NCBI GenBank assembly: GCA_035256725.1 | Contig: DATEXS010000347.1 | Coordinates: forward strand, 1-33,797 | From: Anaerolineae bacterium | GTDB lineage: Bacteria > Chloroflexota > Anaerolineae > UBA7937 > B3-Chlor | DNA length: 33,797 bases | Reading direction: 5' to 3' | Shown here: piece by piece, positions 16,543 to 24,212 of the stretch | Layout: each line of letters begins with the position of its first letter | How positions within the stretch are numbered: position 1 is the first letter of the stretch | Program-made: the position numbers and the translations under genes | The notes under the pieces: model-generated | Seen by the model: only the letters and a program-made list of their open reading frames with translations | The model's database searches: none | Told to the model about the DNA's origin: nothing

Positions 16543-17577
16543 CTAGGCAGCATCCCTCGACCAAGCCGACGTTTCGCGTTCGGCAACGGCCGTACGTACG
16601 CTCGGAATGTCCACCCAACAAGCCACCATGTGGCTGGCACCGATTTTCCTGGGCTCCGGCATGCTCTGCGAACACAGCTGCGTGGCATACGCACAACGCG
16701 GGTGAAAGGGGCAGCCCGGGGGCAGATTCACCTGATCAGGGGGCGCGCCCTCAATGGGGGTCAGTGGTCTCCGCCCGCTGTTGTCCAGCCTGGGAACGGA
16801 GGCCAGTAAACCTAGAGTGTACGGATGCCGAGGGTTCCGGTACAGATTCTTAACCTCCGCTGACTCCACCACGTATCCGGCATACATGACCAACACCCGA
16901 TCGGCCAAACCAGCAATAATGCCGAGATCGTGGGTGATCCACAGAATAGCCAGTCCCCTTTCCTGTTGCAGGCGCTTCACCAGGTCGAGGATCTGAGCCT
17001 GGATGGTCACGTCCAGGGCCGTCGTAGGCTCATCCGCAATCAGCAGATACGGATCACAGGCCAGAGCCATGGCAATCATGGCCCTCTGCCTCATGCCTCC
17101 ACTGAACTGATGGGGATAATCGTCAACACGGTCCCGCGCCTCAGGGATGCCTACCAGTTGCAGGAGTTCCACGGTTCTCTTGCGAACCTCCGCGCCGTTC
17201 AGACTGAGGTGCAGTTCCAGGGATTCCGCGATCTGCTCTCCTATGGTCAGCACTGGGTTGAGGGATGTCATGGGGTCTTGGAAGATGAACCCTATCTTGG
17301 CACCCCTGATCTCACACATCTCCTGCGTTCCCACAGAAAGCAGGTCCCGCCCCTGGAATAACACTTGACCACCAACTATCTCTCCAGGTGGTTCCGGAAT
17401 CAACCGCACTATGGAGAGCGCCGTCACGGTCTTCCCACAGCCGCTCTCGCCCACTATGCCCAGGGTCTCACTCTGGCCGACGGAGAAGGAGACTCCATTC
17501 ACGGCCCGTACTATGCCGTCAGCAGTGTAGAATTGCGTCCTGAGTTCCTTGACCTCCAACAGAGCACCTACGGTCAC
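16543..17577 (-). CDS. Second OppD/DppD-type ABC ATP-binding protein (paralogue, without an adjacent permease)
   Basis: Walker A GESGCGKT, signature FSGGMRQRA, Walker [13 protein letters not shown], plus [13 protein letters not shown] and CPFHPRC. The start is a GTG, with GAGGAG 9 nt upstream. Confidence 0.92.
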   Translation of the reverse strand: MTVGALLEVKELRTQFYTADGIVRAVNGVSFSVGQSETLGIVGESGCGKTVTALSIVRLIPEPPGEIVGGQVLFQGRDLLSVGTQEMCEIRGAKIGFIFQDPMTSLNPVLTIGEQIAESLELHLSLNGAEVRKRTVELLQLVGIPEARDRVDDYPHQFSGGMRQRAMIAMALACDPYLLIADEPTTALDVTIQAQILDLVKRLQQERGLAILWITHDLGIIAGLADRVLVMYAGYVVESAEVKNLYRNPRHPYTLGLLASVPRLDNSGRRPLTPIEGAPPDQVNLPPGCPFHPRCAYATQLCSQSMPEPRKIGASHMVACWVDIPSVRTAVAERETSAWSRDAA

Positions 17578-17742
17578 TCTATCTGCTCCTCATCAGCTTT
17601 TTCGACTCCTGGCTGGCCAGCACGAGCCGTACGCCCTGGCGCAGCATGCCCAGGCAAGCATAGAGACCAGCCAGTCTGGAGACCAGAGAGGCACGTTTGG
17701 CAGACACCACCGGTGGCTCAAGGCAACAAACACCCTGCAATG

Positions 17743-18060
17743 TCAGTAGTGAATCGACAGACGATATGAGCCGTGGGAGTTTCCCACCAGCACCAAGCGG
17801 TCGGTCCAGCCGTCCTCGGCGCCGCGTAGGGAGGGGGTAAGAATGATCCGAGCAGAGGCGAGAGCATCAACGCCCCAATACCACGCATCCAAACATAGCT
17901 CGCGCACGCGGTGAGACTTCGTTGGTGTACGCCTGGATCGTTCTTGAAGACCCAGCGTGATGTTGTCCCAGACTCTCGCTGGTGCTGCTTCTCCGGAGGC
18001 CCACTCCCTCAATGCCCCCTCCACCAGCAAATCCAGTTCGTCTCTCCTGTTGTCGTCCAT
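17743..18060 (-). CDS. Hypothetical protein in the anti-sigma position downstream of the ECF sigma gene
   Basis: Strong SD (AAGGAGAGG, 6 nt spacing) lies 28 nt after the sigma stop. The protein is 105 aa, with no recognisable zf-HC2 motif and no clear TM helix. Confidence 0.6.
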   Translation of the reverse strand: MDDNRRDELDLLVEGALREWASGEAAPARVWDNITLGLQERSRRTPTKSHRVRELCLDAWYWGVDALASARIILTPSLRGAEDGWTDRLVLVGNSHGSYRLSIHY

Positions 18061-18088
18061 ATCACACCTCTCCTTGTTGCGCTCCCCT

Positions 18089-18688
18089 TCACGACGACAG
18101 AAGTTCGTAGGCCATCTCTCTGGATATGCGCGAGTCGGCCCCCAGTCTACGTTTCAGCTCCTGGCGAGCGTTGTGCAGGCGAGACTTTACCGTTCCCACG
18201 GGGCAATCCAGGACATAGGCGATGTCGACCAAGCTAAACCCCTGCAGGTAGAAAAGGACGACCACCACGCGCTGCGGCATTCCCAGCGCCTTGATGGCCT
18301 CATCCACTACTTGTACGACTTCCTGCCGCTCGAAAGCCCGTTCTGGCGAACTCCTCGGGACCGAAAGAAGTCGGTCGAACACCTCTTCAAAGGAGACCAG
18401 GTGCAGTCGCCTCTTCGCGGCCCAATTGTAGCTCAAGTTCACGATAATGCGGTGCAGCCACGGCCTCAACGAAGAGTACCCGTCGACGCCGTCGATATGG
18501 TCGTACGCACGCAGGAAGCAATCCTGGAGGAGTTCCTCTGCAGCGCCACGATCCCCGGTGATGGCCAGCGCTGTTCTATACAGCTCGTCCTTGTATTTGC
18601 GGTACAGAACCTCAAAGGCACCCAGGTCCCCGTCCTGAATCCTGGGCACCAGGTCCCCGTCGTCAAGCATGAGGCGCCTCCATACCAT
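18089..18688 (-). CDS. ECF-type RNA polymerase sigma-70 family factor
   Basis: Region 2 (FEVLYRKYKDELYRTALAITGDRGAAEELLQDCFLRAY ... LRPWLHRIIVNLSYN) and region 4 (QRVVVVLFYLQGFSLVDIAYVLDCPVGTVKSRLHNARQELK). The second ATG at 18670 has the better SD (TGGAGG). Confidence 0.9.
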   Translation of the reverse strand: MVWRRLMLDDGDLVPRIQDGDLGAFEVLYRKYKDELYRTALAITGDRGAAEELLQDCFLRAYDHIDGVDGYSSLRPWLHRIIVNLSYNWAAKRRLHLVSFEEVFDRLLSVPRSSPERAFERQEVVQVVDEAIKALGMPQRVVVVLFYLQGFSLVDIAYVLDCPVGTVKSRLHNARQELKRRLGADSRISREMAYELLSS

Positions 18689-18734
18689 TAATCACACCGG
18701 AAACGCACCCCAAAGGTTCACTCCCACGGCAGAG

Positions 18735-20186
18735 CTAGGCCTGCCATTTCAGATTCGGCTTTCGAGCGGCACCCACCTCGTCGAGCCTGCCTACCGGCGT
18801 CGTGCGTGGAGAGTCCCTCACCAACTCTGGCGCATCCTCAGCCTCTCTGGCTATCTGACGCATGGCTGCCACGAAGGCATCCAGTGTCTCCAGGCTCTCT
18901 GTCTCGGTGGGCTCTATCATCAGAGCCTCGTCGACGATGAGAGGGAAATACACCGTCGGAGGGTGGAAGCCCAGATCGATGAGTCTCTTGGCCATGTCCA
19001 GCGTATGCACGCCGAGCCTGGCCTGCGCCTTCCCCGAGAAGACGCATTCATGCATGCATGGACGATCATAGGGCAGTTCAAAGTAGCCTGTTAGCTGCTG
19101 CCGAAGGTAGTTGGCGTTGAGGACAGCGTTCTCGCTAACCGTCCTCAGGCCGTGCCCTCCTAATGACCTTAGATAGGCATATGCCTTGACCATCACCCCG
19201 AAGTTCCCATAGAAGCTGCTCACTGGGCCTATGGACAGCGGGCGGTCATAGTCCAGGTAGTACTCTGCGCCGCCGTCGGAGCCCCCGCCAGCGGTTCGCC
19301 CCACAACGGGGATCGGCAGAAACGCCCTCAGCTCCTCCGTGACCGCTGTGCCACCGCCTCCTGGGCCGCCGCCTCCATGGGGCGCACTGAAGGTCTTGTG
19401 GAGGTTGAGGTGGAGGACATCGGCACCCAGCTCGCCGGGTCTAGCTATCCCCAGGAGGGCATTCATGTTCGCACCGTCGCAGTAGATCAGCCCCCCAGCG
19501 CGGTGGACAATCTCCGCCACTTCCAGGATATGCTCTTCATAGAGTCCAAGGGTGTTGGGGTTGGTCAGCATCAGCCCGGCCACCCTATGGTCCATCAGCC
19601 TATCCAGCTCCTGGACATCAATATTGCCACGATGATCCGAACGAACGGTGATCACTTCGTATCCGCACATGGTCGCCGTGGCCGGGTTGGTCCCGTGGGC
19701 GGAGTCAGGCACGAGAACGGTGTGCCGATCGTCATCTCCCCGGTTCAGATGGTAGGCCCGGATGACGAGCATGCCAGTGAGCTCCCCGTGGGCCCCAGCC
19801 AGGGGCTGCAAACTCACTGCGGGCAACCCGGTGATCTCCGCCAGGTACTCCTGTAGCTCAGACATTAGCTGCAGCGCGCCCTGAACAGTGGACTGGTCCT
19901 GCCGGGGATGGATCTGAGCGAAACCAGGGTGACGGGCCACGTCCTCATTCAGCTTTGGATTGTACTTCATGGTACACGAGCCAAGGGGATAGAATCCTGT
20001 ATCCACACTGAAGTTGAGTTGAGACAGGCGGGTGAAATGCTGGACCACCTCCCTCTCGCTCAACTCGGGTAAGGTCAGGTCGTCGCGAACCAGATCATTG
20101 GGCAGCTCCGACTCTGGGACATCCAACGAGGGCAGACTGAAACCGACGCGTCCGGGAGAGCTCAGTTCGATGAGCAGGGGTTCCAT
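18735..20186 (-). CDS. gcvPB: Glycine dehydrogenase (decarboxylating) subunit 2
   Basis: Full-length match in character to GcvPB, including the PLP-lysine region [19 protein letters not shown]. It follows gcvPA with a 5 nt gap. Confidence 0.93.
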   Translation of the reverse strand: MEPLLIELSSPGRVGFSLPSLDVPESELPNDLVRDDLTLPELSEREVVQHFTRLSQLNFSVDTGFYPLGSCTMKYNPKLNEDVARHPGFAQIHPRQDQSTVQGALQLMSELQEYLAEITGLPAVSLQPLAGAHGELTGMLVIRAYHLNRGDDDRHTVLVPDSAHGTNPATATMCGYEVITVRSDHRGNIDVQELDRLMDHRVAGLMLTNPNTLGLYEEHILEVAEIVHRAGGLIYCDGANMNALLGIARPGELGADVLHLNLHKTFSAPHGGGGPGGGGTAVTEELRAFLPIPVVGRTAGGGSDGGAEYYLDYDRPLSIGPVSSFYGNFGVMVKAYAYLRSLGGHGLRTVSENAVLNANYLRQQLTGYFELPYDRPCMHECVFSGKAQARLGVHTLDMAKRLIDLGFHPPTVYFPLIVDEALMIEPTETESLETLDAFVAAMRQIAREAEDAPELVRDSPRTTPVGRLDEVGAARKPNLKWQA

Positions 20187-20191
20187 CGTTT

Positions 20192-21535
20192 CTATCTCCC
20201 TATCCCTCGAAGGGCCCCCACCAACTGGTCTATCTGCTCCCTACTGTTCATCTCCGTGACGCAGAACAGAAGACAGTCAGTGAGCTCGGGGTAGTCAGCG
20301 GCCAGTGGGTATGCGCCGATGATCCCGCGCTCCCAGAGCCGTTTGTTCACCTCGGCTGGCGGCACAGGGGTACGGATCACGAATTCCTTGAAGAAATCAC
20401 CCAGCACCCTTTCGTAGCCAGGCAGACCTTCGATCTCCCGAGCCGCGTAGTGGGCTTTGTGGTAGCAGAGTTCGGCCACCTGATGCAAACCTGCCTTGCC
20501 CATGGCCGCTAGATAGGTCGCAGCGGCCAGCGCCACCAGGGCCTCGTTCGTGCAGATATTTGAGGTCGCCTTCTCGCGTCGAATGTGCTGCTCCCGCGGC
20601 TGAAGCGTGAGTACGAATCCCCTGCGGCCCTCCGCGTCGGTGGTCATCCCCACCAGTCGGCCCGGCATCTGCCGTACATACTGCTGGCGGCAGGCGAAGA
20701 GCCCTACGTAGGGACCTCCGTAACTGGGAGGGTTACCCAGGCTCTGGCCTTCCCCCACGGCGATGTCGGCCCCCAGCTCCCCTGGGGGCTTGAGAAGCCC
20801 CAGGCTTATCGGATCGACGCAGACCACCAGGAGAGCACCCCTTTGGTGTGCCAGCTCGCTCAGAGGGGCCAGGTCTTCCAGGCAGCCCAGGAAGTTGGGT
20901 TGCTGAACAACAACCGCCGCGGTCTCCCCGTCGATCAACTCCTCAGCCTGGACCGCATCGACTCGGCCGTCGTCGTCGCGGCGCAGGTCGTGAATCTCCA
21001 TGCGGATACCCTGAGTGTAGGTCCTCAGAACCCGGCGGTAGCCGGGATTCAGCGTGGACGCCACAATCAGCTTATAGCGTCGCGTAGCGCGGGCCGCCAT
21101 CAGGCCGGCCTCAGCAAGGGCTGTGGCGCCATCATACATCGAGGCGTTGGCCACATCCATGCCCATCAGAGCACAGACCATGGACTGGAACTCATAGATC
21201 GAGATCAGCGTCCCCTGGCTTGCCTCAGCCTGGTAGGGAGTGTAGGCCGTGTAGAACTCCCCTCTGCCGATGATGTGGTCTACCACCGACGGAACGAAAT
21301 GGTGATAAGCTCCTGCGCCCAGAAAGCACGGGTGGTGGTCGAGATCGGCGTTCTTCTCGGACAGGCCTCGCAGCAGCGTCTTAACCTCCATCTCCGACAG
21401 CGGGCCAGGCAACTTGAGTGCAGGGAATCGCTTCTCCGCGGGGATGACTTCGAAGAGCTGGTCCACCGAATCCGACCCCAGGGCCTCCAGCATCCGGGCC
21501 CGATCGGCATCAGTATTAGGAATGTATGAACTCAT
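20192..21535 (-). CDS. gcvPA: Glycine dehydrogenase (decarboxylating) subunit 1
   Basis: The start is trimmed to the ATG at 21535 ([20 protein letters not shown], the typical N-terminus), 5 nt after the gcvH stop. The longer track ORF would overlap gcvH. Confidence 0.92.
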   Translation of the reverse strand: MSSYIPNTDADRARMLEALGSDSVDQLFEVIPAEKRFPALKLPGPLSEMEVKTLLRGLSEKNADLDHHPCFLGAGAYHHFVPSVVDHIIGRGEFYTAYTPYQAEASQGTLISIYEFQSMVCALMGMDVANASMYDGATALAEAGLMAARATRRYKLIVASTLNPGYRRVLRTYTQGIRMEIHDLRRDDDGRVDAVQAEELIDGETAAVVVQQPNFLGCLEDLAPLSELAHQRGALLVVCVDPISLGLLKPPGELGADIAVGEGQSLGNPPSYGGPYVGLFACRQQYVRQMPGRLVGMTTDAEGRRGFVLTLQPREQHIRREKATSNICTNEALVALAAATYLAAMGKAGLHQVAELCYHKAHYAAREIEGLPGYERVLGDFFKEFVIRTPVPPAEVNKRLWERGIIGAYPLAADYPELTDCLLFCVTEMNSREQIDQLVGALRGIGR

Positions 21536-21540
21536 AGTGG

Positions 21541-21924
21541 CTACTCTAGGGTCTGCAGGTACGCGGCGTATTCCTCGGCGGTCATCAATACCTCTATCTC
21601 GCCCTCGTCCTCGGGTTGGACCTTGACCATCCACCCGCCCTCGTACGGGTCCTCGTTCACCAACTCGGGTCTATCCACGAGATCCTCGTTGATGGCCACC
21701 ACCTCACCGCTGACCGGGGCAAAGAGGTCGGATGCAGCTTTGACCGATTCGATGAGCCCGAAGGCGTGGGATGTCTCCAAGGCGTCACCCAGCTGGGGAA
21801 GCTCCACGTACACTATGTCTCCCAGTTGCTCCTGCGCGTAGTTGGTGATGCCCACAACAGCCAACCCCTCGTCCAGCTTTGCCCATTCGTGACCCTTCGT
21901 ATACTTCCGGTCTGTCGGTTCCAT
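21541..21924 (-). CDS. gcvH: Glycine cleavage system H protein (lipoyl carrier)
   Basis: YTKGHEWAKLDEG at the N-terminus and the lipoyl-lysine motif ESVKAASD. The ATG at 21924 has GGGAGAG 8 nt upstream. Confidence 0.92.
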   Translation of the reverse strand: MEPTDRKYTKGHEWAKLDEGLAVVGITNYAQEQLGDIVYVELPQLGDALETSHAFGLIESVKAASDLFAPVSGEVVAINEDLVDRPELVNEDPYEGGWMVKVQPEDEGEIEVLMTAEEYAAYLQTLE

Positions 21925-21987
21925 GCTCCAGGCTCTCCCTTCCCGTACCTTCATCGTGCTGGGTTCGTCTAGAGAGTGACGCCAGCC

Positions 21988-22521
21988 CTAGCCACTCTTC
22001 ACTCTGGCCCGAGCAGCCAGGAGGCCGAGAATGCTCTTCCCATCGGAGATTTCACCATCCTCCACCATGCCCAGCGCTCTTTCCAGCGGCAGCTTCACTA
22101 CCTCGATGGTCTCATCGATCTCCGGCTCTTGGGAACCCGGCTGGAGGTTCGTGGCCAAAAACAACCAGATACGTTCGTTGGAGAAGCCGGGTGAGGAGTA
22201 GAAGTAATAGAGTTCCTCCATCTGCTTCGCCGAATAACCTGTCTCCTCGACCAACTCCCTGAAGGCGCAGACCCGTGCACCTTCTCCCTCCGCGACGGTC
22301 CCTGCGGGGATCTCCAACAGCATCCTTCCCAAAGCCGAACGAAACTGCCTCACCAACAGCACGTCGCCCTGATCGTCGAGAGCCACGACGCCCACTGCCC
22401 CAGCGTGTTCGACGATCTCCCTTTCGGTCTCGCGACCGCTGGGGAGCCTCACCCGATCGAGGCGTAAGCTGACCACCCTCCCGTCGTATATGCGACGGCT
22501 TGAGACTAGTTCCTCGCTCAA
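21988..22521 (-). CDS. NUDIX hydrolase, ADP-ribose pyrophosphatase-like
   Basis: Nudix box GTVAEGEGARVCAFRELVEETGY and an N-terminal IYDGRVVSLRLDRVRLPSG typical of the NudF/ADPRase type. The start is a TTG. Confidence 0.85.
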   Translation of the reverse strand: MSEELVSSRRIYDGRVVSLRLDRVRLPSGRETEREIVEHAGAVGVVALDDQGDVLLVRQFRSALGRMLLEIPAGTVAEGEGARVCAFRELVEETGYSAKQMEELYYFYSSPGFSNERIWLFLATNLQPGSQEPEIDETIEVVKLPLERALGMVEDGEISDGKSILGLLAARARVKSG

Positions 22522-22539
22522 CTCACCACCAACACAAGC

Positions 22540-22573
22540 GGATGGCTAGTACCCCATGGGGCCTCCGCCATCC
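22540..22573 (-). terminator. Hairpin between the LysM gene and the NUDIX gene (candidate terminator)
   Basis: A GGATGGC / GCCATCC stem encloses the palindrome CCCCATGGGG (22552-22561). On the minus strand it is followed by GCUUGUGUUGGUGG. Confidence 0.4.
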
Positions 22574-22624
22574 GCGAGTCTCTGGACATGCACTGAGAGC
22601 ACAATCCGGTCAGGAATGGTTTGG

Positions 22625-23392
22625 TTATGGGATGCGCAGAGTCTGCCCTACATAGATCATGTTCACGTTGGGCAGATTGTTGGCATTAGCGATGGCCCAC
22701 TCTGTGGTGCCGAACTCGGCAGCGATGGAGGACAGGGTATCGCCTGATTGCACGACGTAGAGCTGTCCACCGGTCTCGCTGGTCGAGCCACCCGGTATGG
22801 TGAGCCTTTGCCCTACCCAAATGTAGTTCTCGTTGACAATGCCGTTGGCCGTGGCTATCGCCTCTGCAGTGGTGCCGTACATGCTGGCGATGGACCTCAA
22901 GGTCTCGCCCTGGCGCACGATATGGACCCCCTCCTCCGACGGAGGAGCGGTGACACCCGGGATGGTCAGCACATCCCCCGCCCTGATCAGGTCGGGATTG
23001 GCAAGGTTGTTCGCAGCCGCAATCTCGGCCGCACTAACGCCATACTGGCTGGCAATTATCTCCAAGGTCTCACCCCAGGCGACGACGTGCTGCACCCCCT
23101 GCGAAGGAACGGTAGTGGGCGCAGGAGGAGCGGTGGTGGGCTGGGGAGGGACGGGAGTAGGTGTCTCTCCAACAGGCGGCTCCACCGTGGCAGAAGCCTG
23201 CGGCTCGGGCGAGCTCCCTGGCGTGCCCATGGGCACCGTTCCCGTTGGCCGGGCCGCCGTACCGGTCGGGCCCTCAGGTGGACTTTCTCGGGTAGGTGTA
23301 GGGGCAGGCTTGGCCCTTTCACACCCTCCAACTCCGATCACCAAGATCAGCAGGATCAGTAGGACACCGGTCAACCACAGCTTTCCTCTCAT
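22625..23392 (-). CDS. Secreted lipoprotein with three LysM peptidoglycan-binding repeats
   Basis: Signal peptide plus lipobox (VIGVGGC) and a Pro/Thr-rich linker. Three LysM repeats follow (HVVAWGETLEIIASQYGVS..., HIVRQGETLRSIASMYGTT..., YVVQSGDTLSSIAAEFGTT...). No catalytic domain is visible. Confidence 0.9.
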   Translation of the reverse strand: MRGKLWLTGVLLILLILVIGVGGCERAKPAPTPTRESPPEGPTGTAARPTGTVPMGTPGSSPEPQASATVEPPVGETPTPVPPQPTTAPPAPTTVPSQGVQHVVAWGETLEIIASQYGVSAAEIAAANNLANPDLIRAGDVLTIPGVTAPPSEEGVHIVRQGETLRSIASMYGTTAEAIATANGIVNENYIWVGQRLTIPGGSTSETGGQLYVVQSGDTLSSIAAEFGTTEWAIANANNLPNVNMIYVGQTLRIP

Positions 23393-23434
23393 CGGGCCGC
23401 CTCCTCACAGTAGTTCCACATCCGCACCGCAGCC

Positions 23435-23463
23435 AGCATACCACAACACAGAAGATCCGTCAA
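23435..23463 (-). promoter_or_regulatory. Sigma-70-type promoter for the LysM gene
   Basis: The minus strand reads TTGACG-gatcttctgtgttgtgg(17)-TATGCT, with an extended -10 TG. It lies ~40 nt upstream of the ATG. Confidence 0.55.
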
Positions 23464-23702
23464 GAACACAGGTCAACTCATAGTCCTCACAGCTCATGTG
23501 GCGCGGCGGCCACAAGGCGAGGATCAGGGACACAGGTCAGGGCTGATGAAAGGATCTTGCCGTGCGGGGCGGTCAGGAGACCACACCGCTCACCCAGGAA
23601 GCCGGCGGCCAGGCTGAGCCAGGCTCACCTCCCGCACGTCTCTAGATCCGGTCATGGGAGCTAGCAACCTCGAGGCCGGGTACGCCCACCCAGCACAGAT
23701 GG

Positions 23703-24212
23703 TCAGCCCTCGCCTTCCGGCATACGCCTCTCGAAGGCCTGGAAAGCCTCATCGCCATACAACACGAAGATGACCTGTTCCAGGCCGCTTTGCCCAGATA
23801 GGTGCTCACCCACTGTCTCTAGCATGATCTCGGCCGCCTCTTCGTAGGGGAACTCCCCTACCCCGGTGCCTAGCGCTGGAAAGGCTACAGCCTTCAGACC
23901 CAGTTCTTCGGCACGCAACAGGCTATTCCTGGTGGCGGCCCGGATCTTCTCCGCGTCGGTCTTCAGGTCCGTACCCATGACCGCCGCATGAATCACGTAG
24001 CGCGCCGCCAGAGTGCCTGCGCCGGTGACCACGGCGTCGCCCACGGGGATTGGCCCCTGCCTGACCGCCTCGGCCTCGATCTCCTTTCCCCCCGCCCTCT
24101 TGATGGCTCCGGCCACTCCGCCACCCATCCACAGAGCGTTGTTGGCAGCATTCACGATAGCATCCGCTTGCACCCGGGCGATGTCTCCCTTGCGCAGAGT
24201 TATCCTCGGCAC
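23703..24212 (-). CDS. Macro domain protein (ADP-ribose / O-acetyl-ADP-ribose binding or hydrolase family)
   Basis: GDIARVQADAIVNAANNALWMGGGVAGAIKRAGG and AFPALGTGVGEFP are canonical macro-domain motifs. The GTG start directly abuts the stop of the upstream gene, and the SD GGAGAAGGA lies inside that gene. Confidence 0.9.
   Translation of the reverse strand: MPRITLRKGDIARVQADAIVNAANNALWMGGGVAGAIKRAGGKEIEAEAVRQGPIPVGDAVVTGAGTLAARYVIHAAVMGTDLKTDAEKIRAATRNSLLRAEELGLKAVAFPALGTGVGEFPYEEAAEIMLETVGEHLSGQSGLEQVIFVLYGDEAFQAFERRMPEGEG

Noticed and set aside
17957-18691. 244 aa plus-strand ORF
   Set aside because: It is antisense to the ECF sigma gene and its partner, both of which have clear motifs and SD sites.
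20585-21529. 314 aa plus-strand ORF
   Set aside because: It is antisense to gcvPA, has an R/G/P/H-rich composition and has no SD or motif. It is a shadow ORF.
23560-23640. SRP RNA-like words (GGTCAGGAG, CCAGGAAGCC)
   Set aside because: The region does not contain the invariant domain IV arrangement (AGGUCC-GGAA-GGAAGCAGCC) or its complementary 3' strand.
23393-23702. Possible cyclic-di-AMP (ydaO-type) riboswitch upstream of the LysM gene
   Set aside because: Cell-wall and LysM genes are frequent ydaO targets. However, the conserved GGGGACCCA / GGGGUGAAUC / CAGCUAACC-type elements are absent. The mapped promoter also leaves only a ~35 nt leader.
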